Assembly: GCF_006345805.1 (NCBI RefSeq)
Contig: NC_043017.1
Location: 10,974,001 to 11,038,000 of the forward strand
Source: Octopus sinensis
Taxonomy: Eukaryota
Direction of reading: 5' to 3'
DNA: 64,000 bases
Within the stretch, counting starts at the first letter, position 1. Each line of letters starts with the position of its first letter. The notes below the pieces were generated by a model that saw only the letters and a program-made list of their open reading frames with translations, ran no database searches and was not told the DNA's origin. A program made the position numbers and the translations under genes. Positions 12,342 through 25,181 of the stretch are shown one piece after another.

Positions 12342-13863
12342 ATATATGTATATATATATATGAGAGAGAGAGAAAGCACTATAGAACACTCTAACACCAT
12401 TTGCAGGAGATAAACTGATTTCAGATTCCATGAGCCCAGATAAAAAGGTAAATTGTTGTATTAAAATAATTGTGTCTTTGCTTTTTTTAAAAATTTAAAT
12501 TCTGAAAATTGCTGCAAAGCTACAGCTGGTCGTTACTGCAAGGGTTTTGATCTTTTGGTCAACATTTTTTCTAATTACCCCAGTCTATTGTTACTGTGTT
12601 GTGTCTCAACCAAGGTGCTTGACTCCCTGTTAGAACAGGGTAGTTGCACCCTTTTTGGGCACTGATTTAACTCTTGATGCCAAAGTTCGGTGCCAGCTGT
12701 TCTGTGGTCTTCCATACATTTATCACTGCATATTTCTCCTGTCTTTGCCGAGTCGAGTCATATTTCTTTCAATCACTTCCAGTGGCTCAACTGTTCTATT
12801 GGTGCAATCTTTTTAGTATATCACTGTGGAACTGCTTTGAATTACACTATTAAATTAAGACAAGGTGGTGGTGGGGAGGGAGTGACCATAATTGAGAGTA
12901 AGAGTCCAGATGGCTGAGGACAAATATCCTCTGAAGAAGTGGCATGGTTTCCTGGTCCCTTGTCCTGAAAGTTCTCAAAATTCATGTCTGCTGTTTTCTT
13001 CAGAGCGCACATTGTTAGTTCTATTGAAGAAATTGTTGGTGTCATCTTAACATTATCAGTTAAGCAGAAATCCAGTACATTTTCTCCTCTTGGTGGCTGG
13101 AGTACTATTTGCTATGTGCTGCACATACAAAAACATAACAATACCTAACATAGACACATATATTTCCATCTATTCGGCATATCTGGCCGTATTAGTTACA
13201 TCCATTGTTCTGTACACTCCAAGCTCTCCCGGAAAGAGTTTGTCTTGTATTTTCAAGACAATCTTAATGCCTTCAACTTCTTTGACTCACTCCATTCCAT
13301 ATGGGACTCTCTCCTCTGATACTTGCATTAAGTATAGAGGAAACTGCCCCAAATCCCCTTTGTAGTTACCTTAGTCATCTTGTTGATAATCAAAATCTGC
13401 TTCACTTTATTTCTTCTGTTTATATATCTATTACTTGGTTCAGTCATTAGACTGAGGCCATGCTGGGGCACTGCTTCGAAGGGTTTAGTCAAACGAACCC
13501 CCACCCCCGTACTTTTTTTTTTTTTTTGTAAGGCTAGTACTTATTCTATCAGTTTTTATGCTGGCTGATAAATTACAGGGATGTAAACAAACCAACACTA
13601 CTTTTGAAGCAGTGATGAGTGACAAACACAGCAGGCTTCTTTAAGTTTCCACAAATCCACTCCCAAGGTATTGACCAACCTAGTGGATATTGTAGAAGAC
13701 ACTTGCCCAAAATGTCGTACAGAGGGATTCAACTTACCATACCATCACACCAGCACCTATCCGAGTGCGTTTTGTCAAATCAGTAGAATATGCTTCACTA
13801 AGGAGGTCTCATAAGACCGAAACTTGTCCAATGCTTTCGCTAGTTCAATATAAATTTGCATTG

Positions 13864-14200
13864 TAAGGCGGTGAGCTGGCAGAAACGTTAGCACGCTGGG
13901 CGAAATGCTTAGCATTTCTGAGTTCAAATTTCGCCGAGGTCGACTTTGCTTTTCATCCATTCAGGGTCATTTTAATAAGTACCAGTTACGCACTGGGGTC
14001 AGTATAATCGACTAATCCGTTTGTCTGTCCTTGTTTGTTCTCTCTTGTGGGTAGTAAAGAAATAGGTATTTTGTTTGTCTTTACGTTCTGAGTTCAAATT
14101 CCGCTGAGGTCGACTTTACCTTTCAGGATCGATCAATTAAGTACCAGTTGTGTATTGGGGTCGATCTAATTTACTGGCCCCTTGTGCATACAGTAGAATA
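13864..14200 (+). mobile_element. Family A SINE, dimeric
   Basis: AAGGCGGTGAGCTGGCAGAAACGTTAGC head; the tail AAAGAAATAGGTATT runs into a second B-box-containing body. Confidence 0.85.
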
Positions 14201-14594
14201 TTGAGTAGCAGTATTTACACTTTCTAAAATATCAGTCAACTAATTTTCTTGGAGTTGTCTCCCTTGTTTGCCCCCCCCCCCGTAGGCACTTTTGCCAAGG
14301 AATTTTATGTACGAACTATCTAGGTAATCTCACTTGACCCTTTAGCCCCCACCCCACTATATTACATATAAGATCCGTGTGTGTATTGTCAGTTTGTCAT
14401 GAGCATTATCCTTCGTTTATAATATTCTGCAAAAAAAAAAAAAATCTAGCCATGTTGGGGGTGGGGAAATATCACCTTGCTTGGAAATAAATGACAGTTG
14501 GTGGCAGGAAAAGCATCCAACCATGGAAGGTCTGCTCCAACAAATTCCATTTAACCCATGCAAGCATAGAAAAGTAACTATTGAAACAATCATT

Positions 14595-14895
14595 GTCATC
14601 ATTTAACGTCCGTTTTCCGTGCAAGTACGGGGTGGATGGTTCGACCGGGGTCTGGGAAGCCAGGAGGCTGCACCAGGCTCCAGTCTGTTCCGGCAGTGTT
14701 TCTACATCTGGATGCCCTGCCTAATGCCAACCACTCCGTGAGTGTAGTGGGTCCTTTTTATGTGCCAGGGGAGGCTGGTAGCGGCCACGATCGGTTGGTG
14801 CTTTTTACATGCCACTGGCTCAGAAGCCAGTCAAGGCGGCGCTGGCATCGGCCACGTTCGGATGGTGCTTATTACATCCCACCTGCACAGGTATA
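14595..14895 (-). mobile_element. RTE 3'UTR fragment
   Basis: CATCAT tail and CTGGATGCCC...CCAACCACTCC motif in reverse orientation. Confidence 0.8.
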
Positions 14896-16990
14896 ACAAC
14901 TACAATCTCTATTTAATACTTATTTTGATGTTGATGTTATAAATATATTTGTAACAATGGAGTAATATATACTTTGTTTATTTGGATATAGTCTCCAAAT
15001 CCCATTATATGTAGCATAGGTAAAAGATTAAAATAGCCATCTGTGTATTATACTAAATGCCTTTTGTATATACATACAGGCACAAGCATGGCTGTGTGGT
15101 AAGAAGCTTGCTTCCCAACCACATGGTTTCAGGTTCAGTCCCACTGCATGACACCTTGCGCAGAAACTGAAAGAAGCCTGTTATATACATATATTTCTGT
15201 GTTTGTCCTCCACCACCTCTTGACATCTGGTGTTGGTGTGTTTACATCTCCGTAACTTAGCAGCTCAGCAAAAGAGACTGATAGAATAAGAGCCAGGCTG
15301 GAAAAGTACTGGTGTCAATTGATTTGATTCAGCATGACTGGTCCCTTTGAATTCCCGGCACAATTCATTTTTGCCAGCCGAGTGGTCTGGGGCAACATGA
15401 AATTGAAGTCTCTTGCTGAAGGACACACTGTGCCACTGGGGATTGAACTCCTGACCTTACAAGCCATGGCCGTGTCCCTTTCTCCAGACACCCCAGGATA
15501 ATTTTAAAAACTTTTTTGATTTAATCAAATACATCCCAACACAACAAACAATATCAATAACAACAACAAAATAAAGAACAGCTGAAGGAAGTTTATTGAC
15601 AACAGTTTTAAAGAACGAAAAATTAAAAACTGTCCAAATACTTGATATGAAAACATTTCTCAGAATGAAGGGAAACAACTTGTGTATGTGTTTATATGTA
15701 TGTGCTTGCTTCTGTGTGTATATTATGTGTGTGTGTGTATATATGTGTGTGTGTGTATGTGTGTGTGTATGTATGTATATATATATATATGCTTATTTAA
15801 GTATGTATATATATGTATATGCAAGTTGATGGTTTTGATTGTTGGACTGGGTGGTGCATTGTTTTCCTGAGCAAACCCATTGCACATTGCCCCAGTCCGC
15901 TCAGCTGTCAATGAGTGACCCTACAATGGACAGGCATCCTGTTCAGGGAGAAAGTCGCTATCTTGGACACTTCTTTGCCATAGAAACCAGGTGGCTGGCC
16001 TTGTACGAGTCCAGAGACTCGAGACAGTACGTACTATATACACACACACATACATAACAGAAACCACTTTTGTGTATACGTATGTATATGAATATATATT
16101 TCCCCACTGCTCACCAACCAGCTCTAAGATATTAGTCACACCTGCCTTTTGTATCTGTTAGGAATTGAACCTGTGCTCTCTTGTTTTAAAAGATTTTTTT
16201 TTTTTTTTTTTGTGAAAAACAAATGACTCAAAAAATTTAATGAATAACCATAAAATAACAAATAACAAAATACATTTTTGAGATAAAGTTCCAAATGTGT
16301 TAGGAATTAACAAAAAAAAAAAAAAATGGTAAACACCGGATGAAAACTGGAATTGGTCAGTTTGAAATGCTGTCGTCTCTATTTCTATATGGAATGGAAA
16401 AGGTGGGGGACAAAATGAACATGCTAACATATGTTAAAAAATTTAGAAATATAACAAAAAAACAAGTTTGAATCTTCAATAATATTGAATAATGATAATA
16501 ATTGAGAATGTTCTTCATGTGTTTCATGCTAAATGACATGCAATGTTTTTTTTAAAAAAAAAAAAAAAAATCTATGTTTGATACGTAACACTGAATATAT
16601 TGGTAATGACCTCCCACACGTTTAACATTGAATATATTAGTAAAAAAAAAAAAAAAAAAAAAATGTGAAATTGCTTTTACATCCCACATTTGAACCGTAA
16701 TATTGAATATTCATGAAATAATCCCACGTGTTTTATAAATCTCAGATGGCACACATTCTTTTTACAAAAATAAAAAAAAAAATCTACATGTTTAGTGTTC
16801 AATATCTAACATTGAATATTAGTTAAAAACAACCTCCACATGTCTCACATCTAACACAGTATATTATATTATACTTTTTTTTTTTTTTTAAGGAACCTAC
16901 ATGTTTGATATCTAAAAAAATTCCCACATACTTTATATATATATAACACTGAATATCTAAAATCAATCTAGTGTTTGCTGTAAGAATCAT

Positions 16991-16996
16991 TTTATT
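16991..16996 (-). promoter_or_regulatory. Candidate proximal poly(A) signal (AATAAA) of HMCES
   Basis: tttatt on the + strand, about 185 nt downstream of the stop. Use is not verifiable and the UTR may extend further. Confidence 0.4.
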
Positions 16997-17181
16997 TTCT
17001 TCTTTTTCTTTTCAATATCCCATTTGTCAGCTGACATAGAATATTATTATTATTATTGAAACGAATTCCACATGTTGGGTCTAATACTACGTAATGAACA
17101 TCTCTATTGTTTGCCCTTGAACTTTCAAGATTCGTAACCAAAATTCGCCCCCCCCCCCATCTCTTCTGCACCCTTCTGCTT

Positions 17182-17332
17182 TTATTCCTCTTGTTTGATT
17201 TTCTTTGCTGGTGTTTCACTCTCATCATCATCCTCCTCCTCCTCTTCTTCTTTTGGTTCCTTCTTTATGACGTTTGCTGGTTCTTTCTTTGGTATCTTCT
17301 TCAACCAAGCCTCCAGGGCAGATTTTGGTTTC
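17182..17332 (-). CDS. HMCES: HMCES terminal exon KPKSALEAWLKKIPKKEP...ETPAKKIKQEE*
   Basis: Acceptor cttcag. AA+G completes Lys and the frame ends at TAA (17182-17184). LEAWL resembles the C-terminal PIP-like LEQWL of vertebrate HMCES; PAKKIK is NLS-like. Confidence 0.9.
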
Positions 17333-17741
17333 CTGAAGAGAAAAAAGAAAATATATTTAAGACATGCAACAGGCATAGCTGAGTGGTTAAGCAGTTTCTC
17401 TCTCTCAACCACATGGCTTTTGGTTCAGTTCCACTGCATGGTACTTTGGCTAAGTGTCTTTTACTGCTCTGGGCTGATTAGAACATTGTGAGTGGAAGTG
17501 GTAGACAGCTGCTGAAAGGGCCTTGTGTGTACATGTGTGTATTCATACACATATATGTAAACGCATGCACACACACACACACACACGTGTGTGTATATAT
17601 ACACATATGCACATGTATATATATATATACATGTACATGTATATATACGCACATATACATCCCTGTGTGTGTGCATGTATATATACACACGTGGGCATGT
17701 GTGCATATACACACAATGTTAAATGATGGTGTGTGTGTGTG

Positions 17742-18055
17742 ATCATCATCATTTAATGTCTCCCTTCCATGCTGGCATGGATGGAATGGTTTCACAAGAG
17801 CCGGCCAGGCCGAAGCTTGCACCAGTCTTCTGTATCTGTTTTGGCAGGATTTTTACAGCTGGATGCCCTTCCTAACACCAACCACTCAGCAGAGTGGACT
17901 TAGTGCTTTTTATGTGGCACAAGCACAGGCGAGGTCAATCTTGGTAAAGTTTTTACAGCTGGATGCCCTTCTGAACACCAGCCACCTTACAGTGTGGACT
18001 GGGTGCTTTTAAGTGGCACCTACACTGACAGGGTCACCAAGTAATTTGCAAGACA
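17742..18055 (-). mobile_element. RTE 3'UTR fragment with internal duplication
   Basis: CATCATCAT tail and two TTTTACAGCTGGATGCCCTTC motifs. Confidence 0.8.
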
Positions 18056-19417
18056 GAAAAAAAAAAAGAAAGAAAGAAACTCTCGAGAGTGTGTGTCTTC
18101 TAGGCATGGTCAAACCTTTGGATTTTGTCAATGTCAACTTCCTGTGTCTGCTGTTCTGACATAGTAACTAAGTAACCAGCTAGTTACACACACACACACA
18201 CACACACACACGTATGTATACATCATTACAGTTGTGATGGTTTCTGATAAAAAAAGAATTTCTAAAGGTACTTCATTTTTTATATTGCTCTCCAGTTTTC
18301 TATTTGTGTATTTGTACATACAGGTTCATTTCTGTAAACATTTTCCAATGCCAACAGGTCTGCTTCATGCATAACTACTATCACTACCATTTCTACTTTA
18401 CTATTATCATCATGACAACTAAAAGTTCTGTCACTAATACTACTAATGCCACCACCACCACCACTACTACTGTCATTATTATTTATCAAGCTGACAGAAT
18501 TGTTAGCACATCAGGCGAAATACTTCATTTCAAAATTTCGTTATTTTCTTTAACCCAGGCAATAGCGGGTATTTCTGCTAGTATATATGATGGGCTTCTT
18601 TCAGTTTTTTCTTACCAATGCCACTCACAAAGCTTTAATTGTCCCAGGGTTTAAAGGTAAAGACACCTGCCTAAGGTGGGATTGAACTCGAAGCCATGAG
18701 ATTGGGAAGTAAACTTCTCAATCAGTGAAAAATGTTTCTTCTTATAGCAATATCCAAGAAATTAGAATTGCTTCAACAAAATCTCATTTCAATCATTTCA
18801 GATACTCTTTTTTTTTTTTCCTACTCTAGGCAGAAGGCCTGAAATTTGGGGGAAGGAGGGGGGGCAGTCGATTAGTATGCAACTGGTACTCAATTTATTG
18901 ACCCGAAAGGATGAAAGGCAAAGTTGACCTCGGCGGAATTTGACCTTTTATAATAAGTGCAGGTGCCACTTAAAAGCACCCAGTCCACACTATAAAGTGG
19001 CTGGTGTTCAGAAGGGCATCCAGCTGTAAAATCTTTATCGCTAACACTACACCTGATTTTCTCCCCTCCATACACACACAAGCATGTATCTGACTCGTAC
19101 ATTGTTCGCTTTCCAGACATTTTTACATTACTGCATATACTTTATATGCACTTTCTGACAAGTTGTGGTGCACCTGAGCACTATATACAATAATTTCATT
19201 ATTATAAGATTGACCTCGCCTGTGCTTGTGCCACATAAAAAGCACTAAGTCCACTCTGCTGAGTAGTTGATGTTGGGAAGGGCATCCAGCTGTAAAAATC
19301 CTACCAAAAAATGTAAAGACAGATGCTAAGTATTTCGCCTGGTGTGCTAATGTTTCTGCCCGCTCGCTGCTTTAACCATTCCAGATACTGAAATATAGGA
19401 AAGTTGTTGGTACTCAC

Positions 19418-19527
19418 TTCATGTCCAGTGGCTTAACACATTCAGGGCTGTTGTTGCGGGAGTTATTGACGACAGTGGACACAGGGTAGAGATGAATGCA
19501 CTCCTGTGGCTTGATCAACTTCACAGC
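19418..19527 (-). CDS. HMCES: HMCES exon AVKLIKPQECIHLYPVSTVVNNSRNNSPECVKPLDM
   Basis: Acceptor taacag, donor gtgagt. 110 nt. VSxVVNNSRNNxPEC marks the end of the SRAP domain. Confidence 0.95.
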
Positions 19528-19587
19528 CTGTTACAAAGAAACAATTTTATGATAATTACAGACGCTTTGGCACAAACACACATATAT

Positions 19588-20110
19588 AATAATGCTAATA
19601 ATGAACTTATTGAGTACGGTGCTCAGGCCCAATATAATTCATGAAAAAAAGCAGCCAAAAGTGCATGAAAAGTCATCATCATCGTTTAACGTCCGCTCTC
19701 CATGCTAGCATGGGTTGGACGAGTTTGACTGAGGGCTGGCGAACCAGATGGCTGTACTAGGCTCCAGTCTTGATCTGGCAGAGTTTCTACAGCTGGATGC
19801 CCTTCCTAACGCCAACCACTCTGAGAGTGTAGTGGGTGCTGCTTATGTGCCACCAGCTACAGAGAATAATGCACAGGAAGTAAACAGTGAATGAGTCCTT
19901 TAAAAAAAAAAAGTGTTGGGGCGGGGGCATCAGGTGTACTGCTAATGAATTTCAGGAAGTATGGCAGTTTTGAAGGCCGTAGACTCTTTACAGCTAATAA
20001 CTGAAGCAGGTAGTTTATCCATGCTTCAGTAATTCTGAGAACGGAAAAAGGTTTCCGAAAGTCATGGGTGTTGTTTTTTTATTTTGTAAGCATGTCCACA
20101 AGTGTTATAT
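19588..20110 (-). mobile_element. CR1-like LINE 3' end interrupted by an RTE fragment (19673-19860)
   Basis: Minus strand reads NTCGHAYKIKK, similar to CR1 TRGHxxKL, and ends in an (ATT)-type tail. Related pieces at 19040-19205 (+) and 35965-36096 (-). Confidence 0.6.
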
Positions 20111-20645
20111 TTGAAGATACTTGCCCAAGGCTACATCAGTTTAAGTGGTAAGTATTTCAATACATTTAATAGTATGTACTTTGGTAATCATGTGCAGAAT
20201 TTTTGAAGCTATTTCTGCAAGTTTTAGTGCAGTCAAGAAAATAATTCTCCAGAAATTTTGACATGAAATTGAATGGAATGATGCAAAATTCCAAATTCCT
20301 AACAGGTTTGTTCAGTGGAGGGGAAAAAAAAATATCTCATTACAAATTTAGAAAATTATTTGTTCCAACAAATCCAGAATCTCATAAAAGATATTCAGCA
20401 TGTTTTGGTGCAAAAAAACTGAAAGATTCTAAAGAAATTCAACTATTTATAAATTGGATGAAATGAACCAAAATTTCAAATTTCCATCAGGTGCATACAC
20501 AGAACACAGGGAAAAGGTTTTGAATTTCAAATATTACAAAAAAAAAAAAGGTTTTTTTTTCATCCAACCAAGCGGATAATTCTGTAAAAAATTGGTCTAT
20601 GTATGAATGATAGTCTAAAAGAGTGTGTGTGTATGTATTATATAT

Positions 20646-21035
20646 AGGCGTAGGAGTGGCTGTGTAGTAAGTAGCTTGCTTACGAACCACATGGTTCCGG
20701 GTTCAGTCCCACTGCGTGGCACCTTGGGCAAGAGTCTTCTACTATAGCCTCGGGCCGACCAAAGCCTTGTGAGTGGACTTGATAGACGGAAACTGAAAGA
20801 AGCCCGTCGTATATATGCATGTGTATATGTTTGTGTGTCTGTCCCCCCAACATCGCTTGACAACCAATGCTGGTGTGTTTACGTCCCCGTAACTTAGCGG
20901 TTCGGCAAAAGAGACCGACAGAATAAGTACTAGGCTTACAAAGAATAAGTTCTGGGGTCGATTTGCTCGACTAAGAAGGTGGTGCTCCAGCATGGCCACA
21001 GTCAAATGACTGAAACAAGTAAAACAGTAAAGAGA
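20646..21035 (+). mobile_element. tRNA-derived SINE family B (CORE-like, resembling octopus OR2), full length
   Basis: GGCTGTGTAGTAAG A box, GGTTCAGTCCC B box, ACCTTGGGCAAG CORE-like motif, internal TA/TG microsatellite, AGTAAAAG-type tail. Confidence 0.85.
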
Positions 21036-21292
21036 ATATCTACCCACACACAAATTTTTGTTTGACCTGGGTTGTAGTAGAAGACAGTTGTCATGCTGTG
21101 GGACTGAACCCAGAACCTTATGGTTCTTACCACACAGCCATGCCTGTGCGCACACACACATTTTATTGAAAGTAAATATGTGAGTTTGTCTTGCAACTCT
21201 AGTTTCATGCCACTGCAATCTTCAGGTGAGCCAGAAGATCATTCTGAATTTTATATTTCCAGCAGGTGTGAACACAGGCTTGAATTTCACAT

Positions 21293-21678
21293 ACTCTTTT
21301 ACTTGTTTCAGTCATTTGACTGCAGCCATGCTGGAGCACCACCTTCAGTTGTGCAAATCGACCCCAGGACTTATTCTTTGCAAGCCTAGTACTTATTCTG
21401 TCGGTTCTCTTTAGCCGAACCGCTAGGTTACAGAGACGTAAACACACCAGCATCGGTTGTCAAGCAATATTGAGGGGACAAACACACACACACACACACA
21501 CACAAACATATACACATACATATATATGATGGGCTTCTTTCAGTTTCCATCTACCAAATCCACTCAGAAGGCTTTGGTCGGCCCAAGGCTATAGTAGAAG
21601 GTGCCACGCAGTGGGACTGAACCTGGAACCATGTGGTTGGTAAGCAAGCTACTTACCACACAGCCACTCCTGCGTCTA
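21293..21678 (-). mobile_element. SINE family B, full length
   Basis: Reverse complement of 20646-21035. Confidence 0.85.
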
Positions 21679-21786
21679 TATTACAGAAAAAAAAAAATCA
21701 TGTTTATTATTATTTACACCGATGCAAAGTGTTGCAACTAAAAGACTGAAATTAAGAGTAAAGAAGAATATGGTCAGAAAACTTAC

Positions 21787-21852
21787 GTCTTTAATTGGAA
21801 CGGCTCCAAAATCCAGCCATTGTTCAACATCTTCCTCGGTACTGAGAATAGC
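21787..21852 (-). CDS. HMCES: HMCES exon AILSTEEDVEQWLDFGAVPIKD
   Basis: Acceptor ttatag, donor gtaagt. 66 nt, phase 0-0. Continues RMP|AIL...WLDFG as in vertebrate HMCES. Confidence 0.94.
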
Positions 21853-22267
21853 CTATAAGAGTGTGATATAAATAAATAAGTAATGTTTGGAACAGTGGAT
21901 CTCGAAGCACATAAAGCTATAAATAATAACAAGTAAATGTTGGGCTGAAATTGTGCTTTCAGATCCATTATTTCGCATTCTCTCAAAAGTTTATAAATTC
22001 TTAAGATGTCAGCAGCGTGTATCTTTCATCATCACCTCTGCCATCAGTAATAAAAAAACAGATTTCTCTTAGACCTCAAATTATAGAAAAGTACTCCAGT
22101 AATATTCACAGAGAAGTATTCTTGGTGCTGTGCTGTGTGTGTGTGAAAGAATAATACCTATGGAAATTGTGCAGGTTTAAAACCAGTTCAAATATGTTTG
22201 AGGAGTATTTGAACATGCAAAGGCTTTCCACTGCGTTTGTCTAATGGAGGGCACTCGGAACTGATTC

Positions 22268-22455
22268 TCTCTTTCTCTTTTACTTGTTTCAGTCATTTGA
22301 CTGCGGCCATGCTGGAGCACCGCCTTTAGTCGTGCAACTTGACCCCGGGACTTATTCTTTGTAAGCCCAGTACTTATTCTATTGGTTTCTTTTGCCGAAC
22401 CGCTAAGTGATGGGGACATAAACACACCAGCATCGGTTGTCAAGCAATGCTAGGG

Positions 22456-22486
<31 letters not shown>

Positions 22487-22527
22487 CATACATACACACG
22501 ACGGGCTTCTTTCAGTTTCCGTCTACC
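22268..22527 (-). mobile_element. SINE family B, 5'-truncated
   Basis: CTCTTTTACTTGTTTCAGTCATTTGACTGCGGCC tail through TTCAGTTTCCGTCTACC. Confidence 0.85.
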
Positions 22528-22540
22528 TTTTTTGTCTTAA

Positions 22541-22713
22541 CACATTAGCAGTGAAAATGGTGGTATCTGGCCCGAATATTCTACCCGTTTTATGTTCAAA
22601 CTGGCCAGATCCAGCCTCTCACACTTACCTTACAATGTCATTCTAAAAATAAACAATCAAATTAATTCAAAATAATGGAAATAAAGCATCACATTTGATA
22701 GAGAATAGGAGGG
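22541..22713 (-). mobile_element. piggyBac-like MITE, degenerate inverted copy
   Basis: TTAA on both sides; interior is the reverse complement of 37558-37778. Confidence 0.65.
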
Positions 22714-23354
22714 TTAAGCGAGAATGTTTTCCCCCATGATAAAATGCAGGGGAAATCTGTCACAGAACAGAACCCAAGACCATATGGTTGGGAAGAAATG
22801 TATTTGATGGAATAAAAAACCCACGGGAATATTAGATGTCCCCCAATTTCAGCAGTGTATTCATGTACTAAATAAAACTTATGGTAGATCCAATTTCTCA
22901 CACAGGGTCCAGAGTGGAGTTTTTGAGACATTTTTTGGTGGGGTGGAAAAAAGGGCGTCATCTTCTACGCCATCAAATACAGTCTATGTTGATGGAAAGA
23001 GAACAGGTCAATGACTTAATATTATGTTAATAAAATCAGTAAAGGGAGACAACTCTCGGAGTCTACACTGTTGCAAGCATTCAAGCTAATTCTCTGGTTT
23101 CAGGATACTTTCTCCCTTCGACAAGTCTCAGGGGACCCTAAGGCCATTACTTTCCCTGTTGACTAAAAAAAGGGGGAAAAAAAGGGTTAACAATAATATA
23201 TGGGAGCAGGCATGGTCGTGTGATTAAGAAGCTCACTTTGGAACCACACGGTTTTGGGTTTGGTCCATCTTAAAGAAAGTGTCTTCTATAACCCCAGGAT
23301 AACTAATGTCTCTTGAGCAAATTTGGTAGAGGGGAAACATCGTGTGTGTGTGTA

Positions 23355-23589
23355 CAGGGTTGGCCAAAAGTCACCCGACAGTAAATCAAATTTCCATAAA
23401 TACTTAATATTCAGTTTTATTTATTCATTCCAATTATGAATGTTTAATAATTGAATGCTGTGAGTTAAAATCATTTTTTTTTTCTGCATTTGTCTATTTA
23501 TTAGCGAAGTCTCATATAAAAATTATTTTTTTTTAATCTTGGAATTAAATGGCTTTGATTTACTGTCTGGTGACTTTTGGCCAGCCCTA
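23355..23589. mobile_element. Tc1/mariner-type MITE
   Basis: ~36-bp TIRs CAGGGTTGGCCAAAAGTCACCCGACAGTAAATCAAA / TTTGATTTACTGTCTGGTGACTTTTGGCCAGCCCTA with TA on both flanks. Confidence 0.85.
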
Positions 23590-24299
23590 TACATGTTTAT
23601 AAATATGTATGTGTGTGGGTATACATGTTTCTTTATATCCTTGTAACTTAGCAGTTTGGCAAAACCGACTTAGAAAAAAAAAAAAGCCCAAGGTAGTACC
23701 CCAGCATGGCCATGGTTAATGACTGAAACAAATAAAAGAGCAACCATAGTAATAACTCTGTGCCATAGAGGCACCTTGAGGGGTTGGGGGTGGCTAGTCG
23801 GATATATTGACCAGTGCTCAACTGGTACTTACTGATCCAGAAAGGGATCAAAGGCACAGTCAATTCTTCCTACTATAGGGACAAGGGCTGAAATTATTGG
23901 GGAGATGGGTTTAGTTGACTTTGGTGGAATTTGAACTCAGAACATAAAGACAGACGAAATGCCACTAAGCATTTCGCAGGACAATTCTCCAGATCACCAT
24001 CTTTAATAATAATAATAATGATAATCCTTTCTACTAAAGGTACAAGTCCTATAATAATAATAATAATAATAATGATGATGATGATTCCAAATTTTGGCAC
24101 AGCAATTTCAGGAAAGGGAGTAAGTCGATTACATCAACCCCTGTACACTACTGGTACTTAGTTTATCAACCTTGAAAGGATGAAAGGTCAAGTCGACCTT
24201 GGTGGAATTTGAACCCAGAATGTAAAGATGGAAAGAAACACCACTAAGCATTTTGCCTGGTGTGCTAACAGTTCTGCCAGCTTGCTGTCTTCTTAATAA

Positions 24300-24692
24300 T
24301 CTCTCTATATATAAAGCTGAAGTTGTCTGCGTATGGCAGGTTTGGTAGTCTTCAACTAACACTATCTCCTCCAAGACACTGCGGCGCAAGATCACCAAAA
24401 TTGAGAGTATGATAGAAGAAGGCTTGCTCTTCCTTCCATAGAAAAAATTCAAATCGGACCATGTTAAAACCAAAAATTATTTACATCAAAAAGGTGCTTT
24501 TTTTTCTATGAAAATCCCTATTTTTTACAATTATTTTTTTACTGCTGTGTTGCCATTTTGTGGTGTATTTCAACCGGAAAAATGTTCACTTAAAGAGAAT
24601 AACAAGCTACATAATGCATAATTTTTACTTTTCAAAAATTCCAGTTCTAAAGGGTCGAAACAAACCCGAGCAACGCCGGGTGATACTGCTAG
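24300..24692 (+). mobile_element. Non-autonomous Helitron-like element
   Basis: A|TC start, subterminal hairpin CCCGAGCAACGCCGGG, CTAG|T end. Second copy at 61826-62192. Confidence 0.8.
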
Positions 24693-24725
24693 TAAATAAT
24701 AATAAATGAAACACCAAATATTTAC

Positions 24726-24809
24726 CGGCATTCTGTGGTGGATATCTGCTGTGGCAGCAGATGCAGGCACCGTAACTACAGTGTAGCTATAGAGGTCCTG
24801 GTCTTTGTC
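24726..24809 (-). CDS. HMCES: HMCES exon DKDQDLYSYTVVTVPASAATADIHHRMP
   Basis: Acceptor ttccag, donor gtaaat. 84 nt. Carries LYSYT and IHHRMP (catalytic His, DNA-binding Arg). Confidence 0.96.
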
Positions 24810-24939
24810 CTGGAAAATAAACGGAAGTAAATAGATAAAAGATAAAAACAAAACAAAGCGGCTATACAAGTTGCTGTTTTACAAACCCCACGACCCCTAA
24901 CACACACACACACACACACACAACGCCCAGTCAAGTTAT

Positions 24940-25149
24940 TTAGCCATAAAAAATACCGTATAAATATTGTGTCAAAAAACCCTTTGGGATGCAAAACAGT
25001 CAAAGGCTGCTGGTGAGACTTGAACCCATGTCTTCTGTAACCGTGACAGATGTTCTACCAGTGGAACAAAGCAACCCTTTGAGTTTCTTTATTTGTATCC
25101 CTTTCAGAAATTTTATTCTTATCATTTTAACATCCGCATACAAGCCCAT

Positions 25150-25180
<31 letters not shown>
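24940..25180 (-). repeat. ~240-bp repeat with an internal tRNA-like module, copy A
   Basis: Near-identical to 26008-26250, with a diverged copy at 57575-57755 (+). Cloverleaf-like segment at 25005-25076. Confidence 0.8.
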
Positions 25181-25181
<1 letters not shown>

